NCBI GenBank assembly: GCA_030704615.1
Contig: CM060731.1
Span: 94,922,001 to 94,986,000, forward strand
Origin: Takakia lepidozioides
Taxonomy: Eukaryota; Plantae; Bryophyta
Length of the DNA stretch: 64,000 nucleotides
Direction of reading: 5' to 3'
Under the pieces are notes generated by a model. That model ran no database searches, was not told the origin of the DNA, and saw only the letters and a list, made by a program, of their open reading frames with translations. The stretch's first letter is position 1; every line of letters begins with the position of its first letter. This document shows, piece after piece, positions 35,822 to 48,500 of the stretch. The position numbers were made by a program, and so were the translations under genes.

Positions 35822-36932
35822 TTCAGTGACCCCTTAGGTCACACTTATCAAGCGCCTCATACGAGTGTAGGCCTCTCGCAAGCTCTCACTGGGCTTGCGC
35901 TGGAAGACTTGCAAACTTCGCAGCTTTTCTGTCCGTACCCCTTGGTAATTCCTCCACAACTCCTGGAAGAACTCCACCACCGGGTTGAATCTAGGCACAT
36001 GTGTTGTAGTCGTGGCAGGAGGAGTGGTAGCATCTTTAGAACTGGTACCACCTACAGAAGTACCGGCACTATTTGTTCCACTACTAGTGCTGGCAGTGGG
36101 AGATGTTGGTGCTGATGCAACTACTGGTTGTGTCGTGCCTCGAGTAATGGAGATGTAGTCAGGTGACCAATACATCCTCCACTCCTCAATCTTTGCTTCA
36201 TGTCCTCGCCTGAAGTGGTGGTAATCGTCCATAGGCGGGCCTTCCAAATGTTGGAACAGTCCCTTCCACGCCATGAATGGGGTGAACAGCTGTGGATTGC
36301 GCATCTGCTGCAAATCACACCAACTGTCAAACTCCTGGATAAAGTTATCCAGCTCGATTGTGCCCACAGCTCTAGAGTACCTACGAGGCCCCTTGGTAGC
36401 TCCATACATCTCCTCCATGTCGTCGCACAACAATGGCGAAGGAAACCGCACACCTGTTGATGAAGCCTCTGAATCTGTGTCAGCCTCTGTACCAGATGAA
36501 GGTGGAGGTGAAGTGGTCTGAACTGAACCTCGTGAACCCACTGTCACTGCTACTGCCTGTAGCCGCACTCCCCTCAGAACCCTTGGGTAACTCCGTGATG
36601 ACACTCACAACCCGCACCTTCCCTACGTGACACTATAAGGCTCTACAGGTAGCTCTAAAACTGACACGGGTGGGCACCTGTTGCGGCTCAAGGGTCATAT
36701 CCCAATGGCTAAGGGCACTTGCACCTGCATCCACCGCAAAAACTCCTATGGTCTGTTGGTCATCAACCCAGCCTCACCATAGAAGAAACACTGGTGGTCT
36801 TGGCGCTGGTCATCACTCCAGCCTCACCACCGACATCATACTCTAGGATTGACCGGTGATCAATTCCGGCCTAATCCCTATGAAAGCAAGCGCCCACACA
36901 AAATCAATATGACGCACAGTCAAGCATGCAGG

Positions 36933-38044
36933 TGTGTGGGGGGATCCAAACACAAGAAATCAAAACATCAATAGCCCCGCACCAAAATCCCTCCACAGTG
37001 CTGCTCCTGTAAAATACCCCAGGCCAAATACCCGGACTGACTATGTAGCCTCCGCCTATGTAGGCCTTGGCAACTATAGCTACAAATTAATGAGAGCAGT
37101 AAAGAGACGGAGGGGAAGAATAGAGGCTCGACCAAGCAAGATCTAATCCTGATCTATGCTATCAACTGCCAGACTCCTCTCAAAGTGCCTCGCTCTGCAT
37201 GATGGTAAGGTGTGGGAGGTATATCTATGTCCATAAGCCTGCCACTAACCTTATCCCAAGCTACAGTAGCCCTCTCTAACCAGCCCTCCTCCTCTCTCTG
37301 CCAAGCAGAGACAAAACAATACTCCCCTATCTCCCGCTCACTGAATACTAAAGAAAATAAAGGTAGGGTCTGACTTTCTCTCAACTCAAAAGCTTTGAGA
37401 CGGTTACAGGTGTCCTCGTTGCAAAGGACTGTATCTCCTTCAAGCAGAACAAACTGTTCGTTGCTAATGAACCCCTGCTCGTGGTTGCCTCGTGCAGAGC
37501 ATGTCTGGCTACAACCACGTCAGATTGCAAAAACCTGTGCCGCTCCGCCTCCTCTGCTCCAGTACACCATGGCCTTGTGGCTGAACACCTTGGTCCCCGG
37601 GGCTGTCTTTGGTTGTGTTCCAAGCCTAGCTTCCACCCACTTTGGTGTTTCACCTACAGCTGCAGAACTGCTCTCTCCCCCAACACTCTGCCATTGCCTG
37701 ACTCCCAGTATGTCACAAGGTCATCCAACTGGCTTCCACTTAGCTTAGTCTGTGTGCCTTGGGAAATATAAATTTTTTCCCCAACTGTTTGAAGACTCAA
37801 CGAGGAGATGAGCCCTTCAATGGCATCATCAGAGGACAGCTAGGTCATGAGCCCAGAGTCGTGAGCCCAACATACGCTCACGCCACGTCATCTTTGAATT
37901 CCAAACTTACAGGTACTATTTCCGCGGGAGGTGCTTATTTCCGCGGATTCATTTACCCTTTACTGTCATTGCAGACGAATGTTTGTGGATGTGGATGCGT
38001 ATACCTCTCACCTTTCACAATTACATTACCTGACTAGAGACACA
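36933..38044 (-). repeat. Candidate 5' LTR region of the DNMT3-carrying element (boundaries uncertain)
   Basis: TG-starting segment upstream of gag on the minus strand. No second LTR is available to confirm it. Confidence 0.3.
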
Positions 38045-38232
38045 AGCTCCGAGGGGTAACACTGAACATCTTCCACTTTGCAACACCCATACGACACTAC
38101 CACATAACATGCCCTCATTATCTTTCTTACACTATGTGTATGAGGCATGAACCTTGCTATTGCATTGTAGCATTGAGCTCTATGTAGAGTTCAAAGCATC
38201 ACAAGAGTCCGAAGCCAGGAGGCAGACTTAAA

Positions 38233-39065
38233 TTATATGCCATACAGGGCCAGAGATAAGAGGGAGTATCTGAAACTCATTTGCTTCTAAACTATGACAA
38301 GAACACAAAAAACAAAGCTGTAAGCTATCTTTTATTCGAAACCCTCAGAGGATCGACGCTGTGGCACCTCTGGAAGATCCCTTGTAAAAATACCTTCTCT
38401 GGAAAGACTACAATCATATCCTCACTTCTCTCCAGTATTTTCTACGATCTCCAGATTGAAGCTCGTAAAGCATGGGTTTAGAACGAAATTTCGGGAGCGC
38501 GGATCATATTCATGCAGCATTCTGCAGTATGTGGGGCCTTGCCGGAATCATCTGCCACTCCCTCTCGCAAAACAAATGCTTCTGGACCGAGCTCCCTCCA
38601 CTGGCATGGCGTGACCTTCGAGTCCCTCTCCACACTTTTGCCAGAGTTTGAGCGAGATGTCAACTGGAAACACCTCAAAATTTCATCTAAGGCCTCGAGA
38701 CTTAACTACTATTAGACCATTCTGCTTTGGAAAATCTCAATGACGAAAATCTATGTTCTCTGTATTGCGATCTTGCTATAGTAAGGTCAAAAGGTCGGTC
38801 TGCTTAGGGACCAGCAGTTTGCGTAGGCCTGCCAACATTTAAGTGGTCTTCTCTCTTGGGATCTGTCCCAGTACTTGGTCTCTTCAAAGTCCCATTTTTG
38901 GTGGATGCATGGCTCTCATTACACTGATCACGGTATGTGTGCCTTATGGCTTGACCAGGGTTTTAATTTTTTTTTCCCTCAATAAGTTATGAAAAAAATT
39001 AATTAGGGCAATAAACCCTGTTCTCCACGAAAAATAAAAAATAAAAAATAAAAAATAAAAAAAAT
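38233..39065 (+). mobile_element. L1-like LINE, 3' part (continuation of 20185-25222) with an A-rich tail
   Basis: LWHLWKIPCKNTF...LQIEARKAW ORF2 C-terminus. (A5-6T)n tail at ~39030-39065, after which the palindrome array resumes. Confidence 0.8.
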
Positions 39066-39565
39066 CCGCCAATCCTGGCGGTTGCTTCATACAAAGCGAC
39101 CGCCAATCTTGGCAGTCGTTTCATCTTAAGAAAAAAAAAAAAACGACTACCAATCCTGGCTGTCGTTTCAATTTTTTCTTAAAACAGTCAGTAGCTCAGT
39201 TGATTAAGTGCACTGAGTGCTACCCAGACGATTCTGGGGTCAAATCTTGCTACTGACGGGTGTGATATGGTTCCTGGGTGGGTGGTGCCCCATTCCTACG
39301 CCTCATGGCGGGTTACTGTGAAAGAGGTTATTTTCTCCTCTCACTATTAAGGGGCCTGATTTGTGAGCTGTCGCTCCCAAGCGTTTCATTTTTTTTAAAA
39401 GAAAAAAGAAAAAAGAAAAAAAAGAAAATGACGACTGCCAATACAGGCGGTCGCTTCACTTTTTAAAAAAGAAAAAAAAACAATCGCCAATACTGGCGGT
39501 CGCTTCATTTAAATTTAAACTAAAAAAAAAAAAAAAAAACGACCGCCAACATTGGCGGTTGCTTA
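39066..39565. repeat. Palindrome array (right part), same unit as 19640-20170
   Basis: About 6 copies of ACCGCCAAT(A/C)(T/C)TGGCGGTCGC with A/T tracts. Confidence 0.88.
39187..39380 (+). mobile_element. tRNA-derived SINE-like insertion
   Basis: A-box-like TAGCTCAGTTGATTA and B-box-like GGGTCAAATC. The head is closed by the inverted repeat GTCAGTAGC/GCTACTGAC. The cloverleaf is imperfect. Confidence 0.5.
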
Positions 39566-40430
39566 ATTTTTTTTTTTATTCCTGCACATGAGTAAATCAG
39601 GGGCAGGAGCAGGGCACCGGATTTGAACCCCGGACTTGTCGAGAGGCGCCGCGCCACGTGTTGAGGTGCAACTGGTCCGTTCAATCCATAAACGAACAGG
39701 GGCGGGGCAGGGGGTTTGAACCCTTGACCTTTCTAAAGACGCGAAAACGTGGCGTGGCGCAACTGGCCAATCGCGCGACACGTGGCAAGGCGCGGTTGGC
39801 CAGTCGTCCCTCTTCATGCACAAGGCTCTTGGGGGACCCTTTCCCTCCCCTCTATGATCACCTTTGCTCCTCCGTGTGTGCGGTTCCTTGGCTTTCTGTA
39901 GTCTTCGGACTTCATTTGCTTCGCACTGCAAATGTGAGGTGCAAAGTTGTTTATTTTCGGGGGGGGGGGAGAGAGGGGTTTTGTCGATTTTTTATCTAGT
40001 CGGTCCCATCTGTTCAGCCCCGTTTCACTGTTGGGGAGTATTGGTATGGCGGTTGATATGTAAATGTTTATACCTGCCTAGTCCGGTATCTCCCTGAGTA
40101 TAGTATATTTACATATCAGACCGGTCTGGTCCTTACATAGCAGTGCATATACTGCTATATATACATATGTTCTTCGCTACCAGACCAACATTGTTGTTGT
40201 AATGTTTGATTGGTAGGTTGTTGCATTTACCTGCGGTTCAATCAATATATTAAGCAAGGTAGTTTGTTTTGTTTTGTTTGTTCGTTTGTTTTGTCATTGA
40301 GATCTCCCAAACAACAAGGCCTCCACCGGGGTTCTTAATACCGCTAGAAAGCCATCCATGTGTAGGGGTGCATTGAGGTGGTTGCATAATGTTTGGATTA
40401 TACGGCGTGGGAGATATTGAATTTCAAGTA

Positions 40431-41170
40431 TTTCTTTCTAAAAAAATTACAGAACAGGGGACAGTGGAGAACTTTATTTGGAATTATTGGAGGGGAAAAA
40501 ATTAAAACCCTTTGGTACACCATAAGGCACACACACCGTAGTCAGTGAAGGAGCGATCATTGCTATTCTGATGAATAATTAGGGAACTGCCAAGGCCATC
40601 GGCCTTTGAAGATGAACTATCTTTTATTTCCTCCTTCTGTCCTGGAGGATTCATGAGCGTATGCGATAGACTAAGAGGAACAGACTAAGAGGAACAATAA
40701 TCAGCGGAAGTGGAGTTTTGAAAGCCTTAGATGACTGCTATTCCAATTGACGTCTCTGTCAAATTCCGGCGAGGCAGTGGGTGGTACCACGGATGTTCCT
40801 CCAGCTTTTCGAGGGTCTTGTTCCATTCGCAGTGGTCTGCAGCAGAGCTGTTGTAGATAACTCCTTGACGCCCCAGGTCGACGCGAAGGCAATATCTGCA
40901 CAGATTTTGATCCATGCTTTTCTTGCTTCAATTTGGAGGTCCCGGTAGAAGAAGGAGAGTAGAGATGAGATCGAGCATGTGTTTCTAGAAAAAGTTTTGT
41001 TGCATCTGGCCTTCCATAAGTGCCAAAGGTCTACTTGTGAGGGTATCGAAGACTCCACATGACAGTGCTTTTTGTAAATTTTATCACTGGAAATTCATGG
41101 AAAACAGCAAATTGGGTTTTTTTATGGCATATTGGCTGTTCATTTGTCTTTTGGTACACATGGTCATAAA
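40431..41170 (-). mobile_element. 5'-truncated L1-like LINE (related family)
   Basis: LWHLWKARCNKTF...LQIEARKAW. The 3'UTR motif gtgtgccttatgg...agggttttaatttttt is shared with 38931-38980. Confidence 0.8.
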
Positions 41171-42536
41171 TGTAAACACGTATATATTTAGTAAAACGAC
41201 GGTAAAATAAGCCCCCCAAGTTTGGGTGGGCCCTGTCCATTAGAGAGTGCTACTAGTGTATAAGTAATAAAGGAACTCCTCGCACACACGTATGTACACC
41301 CAGAAATCAGACTCCTCACCACAACGGTGTAGATGAATATCTGAAGTCTCTTCGGGTACCAATCCGCTTTAGCAAAGTCATGCTCTGAATCTAAACTACA
41401 CACCCCAATATCCTGTCCATTCCTGTAGAGGATAGGAGCATCCTAGGTAAGCGCAACATTAAGTCTTTGGAAGGTAAGTCTTTGGAAGGTAACATGACGG
41501 TGGAACAAATGCCCCCACGGCTAAGCAGCATTTCCCATATGAAAAAAGCAAGACGGGGTTACAGAGCGCGCTGTCACACACACTCTCAAACTACCCATGT
41601 ATGCATGTATGACCTTCATATTGCTTATACTCGTCCTCGCTTTTATCCTCGGTTGCAGTCCACTACCTTCGCTTTTCTGGTTTCTCAGGTTGGCGTAGGA
41701 CCCTGCACATCCCGAAACAATACTGTTTATTGTAGGTCTTCGTAGGAAAAGGACGTTCCTTTGCATCTTGCATATCAAATGCCTAATCTTGGGGACGACA
41801 GACACTCTGCAGAGTATTCGCTTGTGGCAGCACTCTTATATATCACTCTGCGATCGTGATTGTAAACATAGAGTTCTCAACCTGACCCTGACACCTCCTC
41901 GCCATGTCCGTGTTCTTCTTCTGGCTTTAGGGCTTTTATCCGAGCCCCGTTCATGCAGATCTTTAGTTTGAAATCTGTGTTTCTCTACACTGACGTGTGA
42001 TTGTGTTCCAATACATCAGAACATGCTTTCAAGTTGAGTCCTATTCTGTCTTTAATTGCTGATTTATGAATTGGCGGAGCTTTTGGTAACTCGACTTTGT
42101 AGAGACAGCTACTGTTGATGGAACACACGAGTATTGGTGGAGCTCATGCTCTTGTAAATATCCGTTGAACAACACATGTGCAACTGTCTTCTTTGGACGA
42201 AGGACGGTTGCCTATGAAGGTGCTCGAGAATTATGGTCAGCACGCGGAAATACAGGATTTGAAGGGATGGGTAAGGAAGTAGCAAATTTAACTGCCCCCA
42301 CTTTGGCACTCAGCAAATTCGGTGCTCCACTCCCCAGGCCGCATCCTTTGTGCTTTGCACTGTATCTGTTTCAAGAGAGACAAGTATAGGAAGAGAAGTG
42401 AAGGGCCATAGGGTGAGTGTGATAGATCTTTGGGGGTCACTGGTGGATTTGGGATTGGAGCTGCTATAGGAATTTCGTAGAAATGTAGATGGAACCCGGA
42501 TCGGGAAGAAATTTGCCTTGACGTGAATTCAGAAGC

Positions 42537-45500
42537 ATGCCGAAGCAGCAGGTCTACACAAGGGAGGCCCTGATGGCATTTGCCAATTTCACGAGTTGTC
42601 GGACACGGCCGGATGGTCTGGATCCTATATTGTGGAGGTGCGCCTGATTATCCTGTTATCCTCACCCACTTTCCTGATCAACCCTCTTCCTTGGATGCTG
42701 AATTCAGGTTGATGTTCGGTCACAAGAATTTGTGGATTGGTTAGCACGGTGCAGATAGTCGAAGTGCCATAAGCCAACACTGATTAGGATTGTCCACTCG
42801 TGGAACGTGTACATGCTCATGAAACCCCAGCAAGAAAGTGGAAATTGCGGCCTGGGGGATTTGGGGGTGACCATAAAGTCTGGCTTTGAAAGTTTGCTAT
42901 GAAATTAAAACTGGAGGGAATATTTGCAGTGATGGATGTAATGGGGTAACATCATCAACAAGGGATTAGACTTGCTTGAAAAAAAGAGATTCTTGTGAGT
43001 CCTGTGGCTTCAGTTGGCAGAAATAGCAATAAGTGAGGCATGTTGTTCTCAGATCTGTCTGCAACCATACATGATGAGTACAAATATGAAGTGGAATGTT
43101 AGAAAAGGATGGTTCTTGTCCTCAGGAGCGATCTGATAATGGGGTGAATCAATTTTCTTGGTCATGGGCAGTGATGGGGCCTCGTATAACAAGGCTCCAC
43201 AAGATGAGATCCCTGAATGGCGGAGGGCTGGAGGAGGAGGTGCACTACTACATGCTCGACGGAAGCCATATGACGAGGAAACAGTGGCCAATGCTTTGTC
43301 CAGTACCTATCCACCTAGGCCTGCCTGGGGAGATACAAGCAGCTCCATGTGTGTACCTCACGACTGCCTAGGTCCAGGCTCCATTGCTCCCTCTAGTAGG
43401 CGGGAGCGATTGGGGCATCGAGATTCCGAACGAGGTCGTGGCTCACATGATTGGGAAGGATGTGAAGGCCAGTTCCAGACACCCTGTATCCTGAAACCTC
43501 TCAAACCCTAATTAAACAAGCACTTGATAACTTATTCTGAGATAGACCAATGTGGCTAGAAGGCAAATCTACCTCTGCTAAACCTCAAAATTAAGAGTAT
43601 GGCCCCCTAGCGCTTGCAACTAAATAGGCATCAGAATGGCTTGTGTGCATATGCTAATCCATTAGATGACTTCTCAGGGCACAACTTTCAATTAGAGAGC
43701 TTTCCAATTGAAGAACTGGCCATCTAACCAAAGGACTGACTCTTTCAATATTTTGTGATGGATTTTGGATTTGGTGATGTCCTCTTGATATAAAACACAT
43801 ACCTTGCAAATCAGAATGCTGGGCATGGGGCCTGGAGCTAGGTGTAAGTTGAGAGCTTCTTAAAGGGCTGTCCCAATGGAGTTAAGGGTTGAAGGTGAGA
43901 GATGTTGGGAGGGTGGCAGGGACAGCACCGGTAGGAGAACAGGTGCAGCGCATGGGGGTGGAGCGTGATGGGCTGTTGGGCAGTGGCACCTGGCCACCTC
44001 CTACAGCCCCTCGTCTGGGTAGAACCTCTGAGACCTATCAGTCTCTGCGCCCTACTTTGAAGGTTGGTTTTCACTCACACATGCAGGCAACTGAGCTAGA
44101 AAAACCATGTACGTACTTTTGGTTGCTAACATTGAAAGTTGCAACCTACCAGAAACCCAACCTATCAGTAGTGTCCCCAAACTGCTGTCCTCCCCAAGCC
44201 AGTTTGTATGTTGAAGAGGCCACACTTTGCAAAATATTGATGTCCTTCTCAAAAAACATTGTGTTTCCCTCTCTATTTGGGATTCTTTGTGGTAGTGAGG
44301 GCAGATGCATGGAACATGGACTCTCAGCAGACGGCATACAAGATGGTCGAAGGTGATTGTCACTCTTTCAGTCGGTGGGAGGGTTACTTGAGCAGATTCT
44401 TTCTTAGTTTCCGTAACAGGTTGGGGTTGATGGGCTGGCAGGGGTCGACATATGGGCGACATGAAGACACTGACACTGTGAATGATGAAACTTTTGGCTC
44501 TTCGGAAGCTTCAAATGATGAAAGAGCTGAGCAAGAACGTAAGCGCCGAGGTGAGTGGAGGGTCGAATCTTAATATCAGATGGATTTGCAGTGGTGAAGA
44601 GGTCCCTGTGTGAAGGATCTGCAACTGTTGGGCCCATGCAGGTCACATGGAGGATCTGTTGCGGCTCTTTTTGGGTGCTGACCATGGTGCAGTGTATATG
44701 TGTGTTGGTTCTAGCATGCTCAAAGGGCGATGTATTGTGGTCAACATTTTGGAGCCTAGGCTTTATCTTGGCTTTGTGTTGGTGGAAATTTTAGGATGGA
44801 TTATTGCTTATGTGAAGAATGTTGTTGTTGTGTGACTCATAATCATGACTTAGTGTGTTTCCTTGCTCTGCAAGTGTCCGTGTATGCATCCTGGTTACAA
44901 ATCAATAACCCTATGATGAAGTAGCATTTGTTAGCAATCAATTTTGTGAATGTTTCTCTTGTTTTGTTGATATTGTGATGTATGGTGGGCTTTGCCTGTG
45001 CATCAAATTACCAGTTGCAAGCATACTTCATACCGTTTGACGCGACCTCTTTGCCTAGCAGGTTCAATCGTGTGGTTCTGTCACTGGCAGGTTAGTGCAG
45101 TAACTTGGGCTTTTACAAGTAAAATGAGAAGGGTAACAAGGAAGTGGGATGTGGGTGTGCAGAGTCATTTGAGATGATGCGCAGAGAGCAGCATAGGAAG
45201 CTACAGGAGCACATGCTGCCCCAGACCAAGGTGGATAATCCTGCTGTTCCTCGCAAGCATGATGAAAATTGCCTCTGGGATGATCACCCCCGTTACTCCC
45301 CTCCACTCTCGCCTACTGGCAGGAACACTGCCCGCCTTGTTGCCACGACTCCCCGTCTTGCCGTACCTCCAGGATTTTCCAAAGTTGCCCAGAAACGGCA
45401 AACCCCTAGTCAAGGACCTCCACTACAGGTAGCTCAATCAACGAAAACCTAATGCTGCAATTTGAAGAAGCATCGTTCACTTTGTACTTACAGCCCTTCT

Positions 45501-48500
45501 GGTTTCTTTTGCTGTATTCTCTAGCTCTCTCTCTTTCTGCTACGAGGGTTTATTATTACAGCTGAGGGGCAATTCCTCCATGAGATTAAAGGCACTTGTC
45601 TGTTTACTGAGTTGGTTGAATGTATTGACAGGATGATGATGCTGAAGCTGGTCACAGTGCTTCCAAGAAGATTGTTGTGGAGCAAGAGGCTACTCCAAAC
45701 AACGGGATGGAAACAGAGAGCAAGATAGATGAAACATTACTTTGTGCTGGTGGTGCAGATTTGATAACAACCATTAAGCCGACAAGTATGGAATTAGAGG
45801 CCGCTATGACTGAATCTATGGCTGCCGCACCAGCAATGTCCAGGCCTAGGGGCACAATTGAGACGCTTTTGGAGGAAACTTCAGATGTATGGAGTTTCAG
45901 TATTGAGGGTAGCTGTGACACGGTGCCTATCGACCGAAGCCCAGTAGAGGAACTAGTTAAAAGACAACCGGAGTCTTTGCTTGACAAGCTATTTGGGAAG
46001 CCTACATCAGGGTTTGCCACCAATGGTCCCATGTCTTCTGACTTTTTGTTAGATAAGGTACTGGGTCCTTCCTAATTATATGTCTACCTTTATTTGTGTC
46101 TGCATGGTAAGCCTATAGCAACATCTCATTGAGTCAATATATTGCATGTTCAGTGTGCATTGCATAGTCCTGTATTCGAATTGAAGTCTGTTACACAGCA
46201 TTTTCTATCTTTCCTTTATGTCCCTTGTTACTTATTGATCCCAAGTCAGGCTTGCTCTTGGACAGAAGGGAAAGTGTTTGAATTTCATGTCTTAGCTGCG
46301 TGGGCTGCTAGGGTGAGGTGGCGGCTGATGATCTTGTTGCGACATGGCAGTCGCCAATGGGAGCTGCAGAGGGAGATACTTGGTCGGAGATAGACTGCAA
46401 GAGATCTAAATTTGCTCAGTGGTTCCACTCTGAAGGTATGGACAACATGCTTGTTGTTTTTTAAATGGGACTTTAACGAAAAATTTGTTTGGCTGTATTT
46501 GTCTCTTTAGAGACTCTGAATCTTTGGGCATCTGATGTTTTCTGAATTGGTTTATCCTGTTGTACTTTGTCCCATAGGTCGAGTGGGCATTATAGAATTT
46601 GAATTTCTCTTTCTCTTTCTCTCTCTCTCTCTAGAAAAATTCAAACTCAGGGCGTGAAGCCTACCTTTGAACAGCAAACAGAAGCAGAGAGGAAAGGGAG
46701 AGTGCAATTGCCCGTTGTGTGGGCAACCTGAAGACAATATTCATTTCCTGATTCATTGTCCGGGGTTCTCTCACCAGACAGACGCTCTCTTCAAATCTAT
46801 CAAGGGAATTGTGCCTGTACCTCTGTTTACCAACTTTGAAAGTCTCGAGGCTGAGCCAAAAGCCCAGGCCCTTTTGGGCCCTAGTTATTAGGCATACCAT
46901 ACACAGCAGGTTGATGCTTGTGTAAAGGGATTTCTAGAGGATATCTGGAAAACCCAGTCAATTGTTTATTCCAAGGTAAGTCTTACTACCGGCGTCAGCC
47001 CCTGACAAAGGTAGGTTCCGTCCCTTTGTGTTCCGCTCAAACTGGGTGCGGGGTCAATGGCCACAAGGCTATGGCAAACAACGTCTTATGAGTACATTCT
47101 CTCTCTGGGTGAGAGCGCTCTGTCGAAACTGGGCGCGGGGTTTATGGCCAGAAGGCTATGGCAAACAAAGTCTTATGAGTACTTTCTCTGGGTGAGAGTG
47201 TTGCTGACACACATGTTGGGTGGTGCAGAAGAGAAAATCAGCAGTGAGCAAATGAGCTCCACAAACATTTTGTCCTTATTTGAGAAGAGTGAGAAGTTGA
47301 GTGCTCTTCCTAGCCTGTTGTCTGTCAAGGAGGTTGTGCAAGGAAATGGTAACCTTGGTCGGAACATTCTGCCCATGCCAGTGGGCCTGTCCTTGGAAGA
47401 CATTGAGAAGGGTTTAACAGTCTGTGCACAAGGGGATGATACGACAGCTGGCAACTGCAAGGAAAGTGTGTCCAAAGGGGTCAATGCCGCACAGGGAGGC
47501 CTTCCCGCCTTACCACCTGTGTTCATGACGTGTGAGGACATAGAACAAACATTGTTGGCTGAAGCTGCAGGCTGTGATTTGGCTCTTGATGCGCCATTAG
47601 TTTCAGCAGCAGAGAGCCCACTCATTTGTGCAATCAGTGCTTCCCAACATCTGCTAGCACTCTTGCAGAGGGGTCCTAGTATGGCAGAGACGTGTCCTTC
47701 TAGTAGTGGGGCAGGATTTCACGTAACAGGAAAGGAGTGTGGCAGTGAGTGGGCATGGGGCAGGCCAGAGCCAGAACCAGGCAGTGAAGTGCACTCACTG
47801 GAGGCTTTATTTGGCAAAGCATTTATGCGTGAGTTACGATCATTGGAGGCACCTCTCCAATCCAACACATACTCAGACAAGGTTCATGGCAGTGGCAAGA
47901 CTGAGGGGGTGAAACCACTTTATCCACCACACTCTGGAAGTAAACATTTGCCAAAGGTGAGTGTAATTGAGACAGCAACGTCCCAACCTTGGTTTGGGAG
48001 GGGTGGACCTGCACTAGCTTTTGGTTGGCCTGACATTAAGGACGTGGAAGCCAGCCCACATAAATATTTCAGGGATCTGACAGCACCACATCACCCGGTA
48101 ATGTCTGATCAGGATGGCAAGCTTCATCCCAAGTCTTCTTCTTCTGGTCATGGATTGGGCATTGATGAAAATAAGCTTCATCGGTTGCATGAATATGTGA
48201 ACCTAGATACCCATCAAAGGCCAGCAGCTAGTTTTGGAGGACATGCTGTTGGGTTTGTTCTTGGTGAAAGGCAGTCAGAGAGCAATCAAGGCATCAATGG
48301 GGAGGTGGCTGAGCACAAGAGTGCAGAGTTAGAGTCTAAGTATGAGGATCTGGCGAGTTTGGGAGCATCAGGCAAGAGCAGGCCACTGGCTCTGAATGAC
48401 AAGGCGGCACTGCTAACAGGAGCAAGTGAGGCTGACTCAAACGGTGGCAACCTAGTAGATTCTGCCAAGAGGCAGTTCTCTGTGAAAGATTTTTCGGAGT

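Larger units (their letters stand above)
25223..36932 (-). mobile_element. LTR retrotransposon (Ty3/gypsy-like) gag-protease-DNMT3; RT/IN lost; interrupted by the chromovirus
   Basis: gag 36604-35822 continues at 28573 (TEAEVVQFWYG...). Knuckles CWTCRGPHVKKDC and CGHCGKYGHGEAQC. Protease VLLNSGTQ and YDVLVG. C5-MTase domain follows. Confidence 0.85.

Noticed and set aside
39187-39257. Functional tRNA gene
   Set aside because: The T-arm and anticodon arm do not pair canonically, the acceptor register is shifted, and no immediate poly-T terminator follows.
47057-47225. Start of the 707-aa ORF as an independent gene
   Set aside because: The N-terminal ~55 codons are the duplicated end of an intronic retroelement. 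The rest is the last large exon of the CBE1-like gene.
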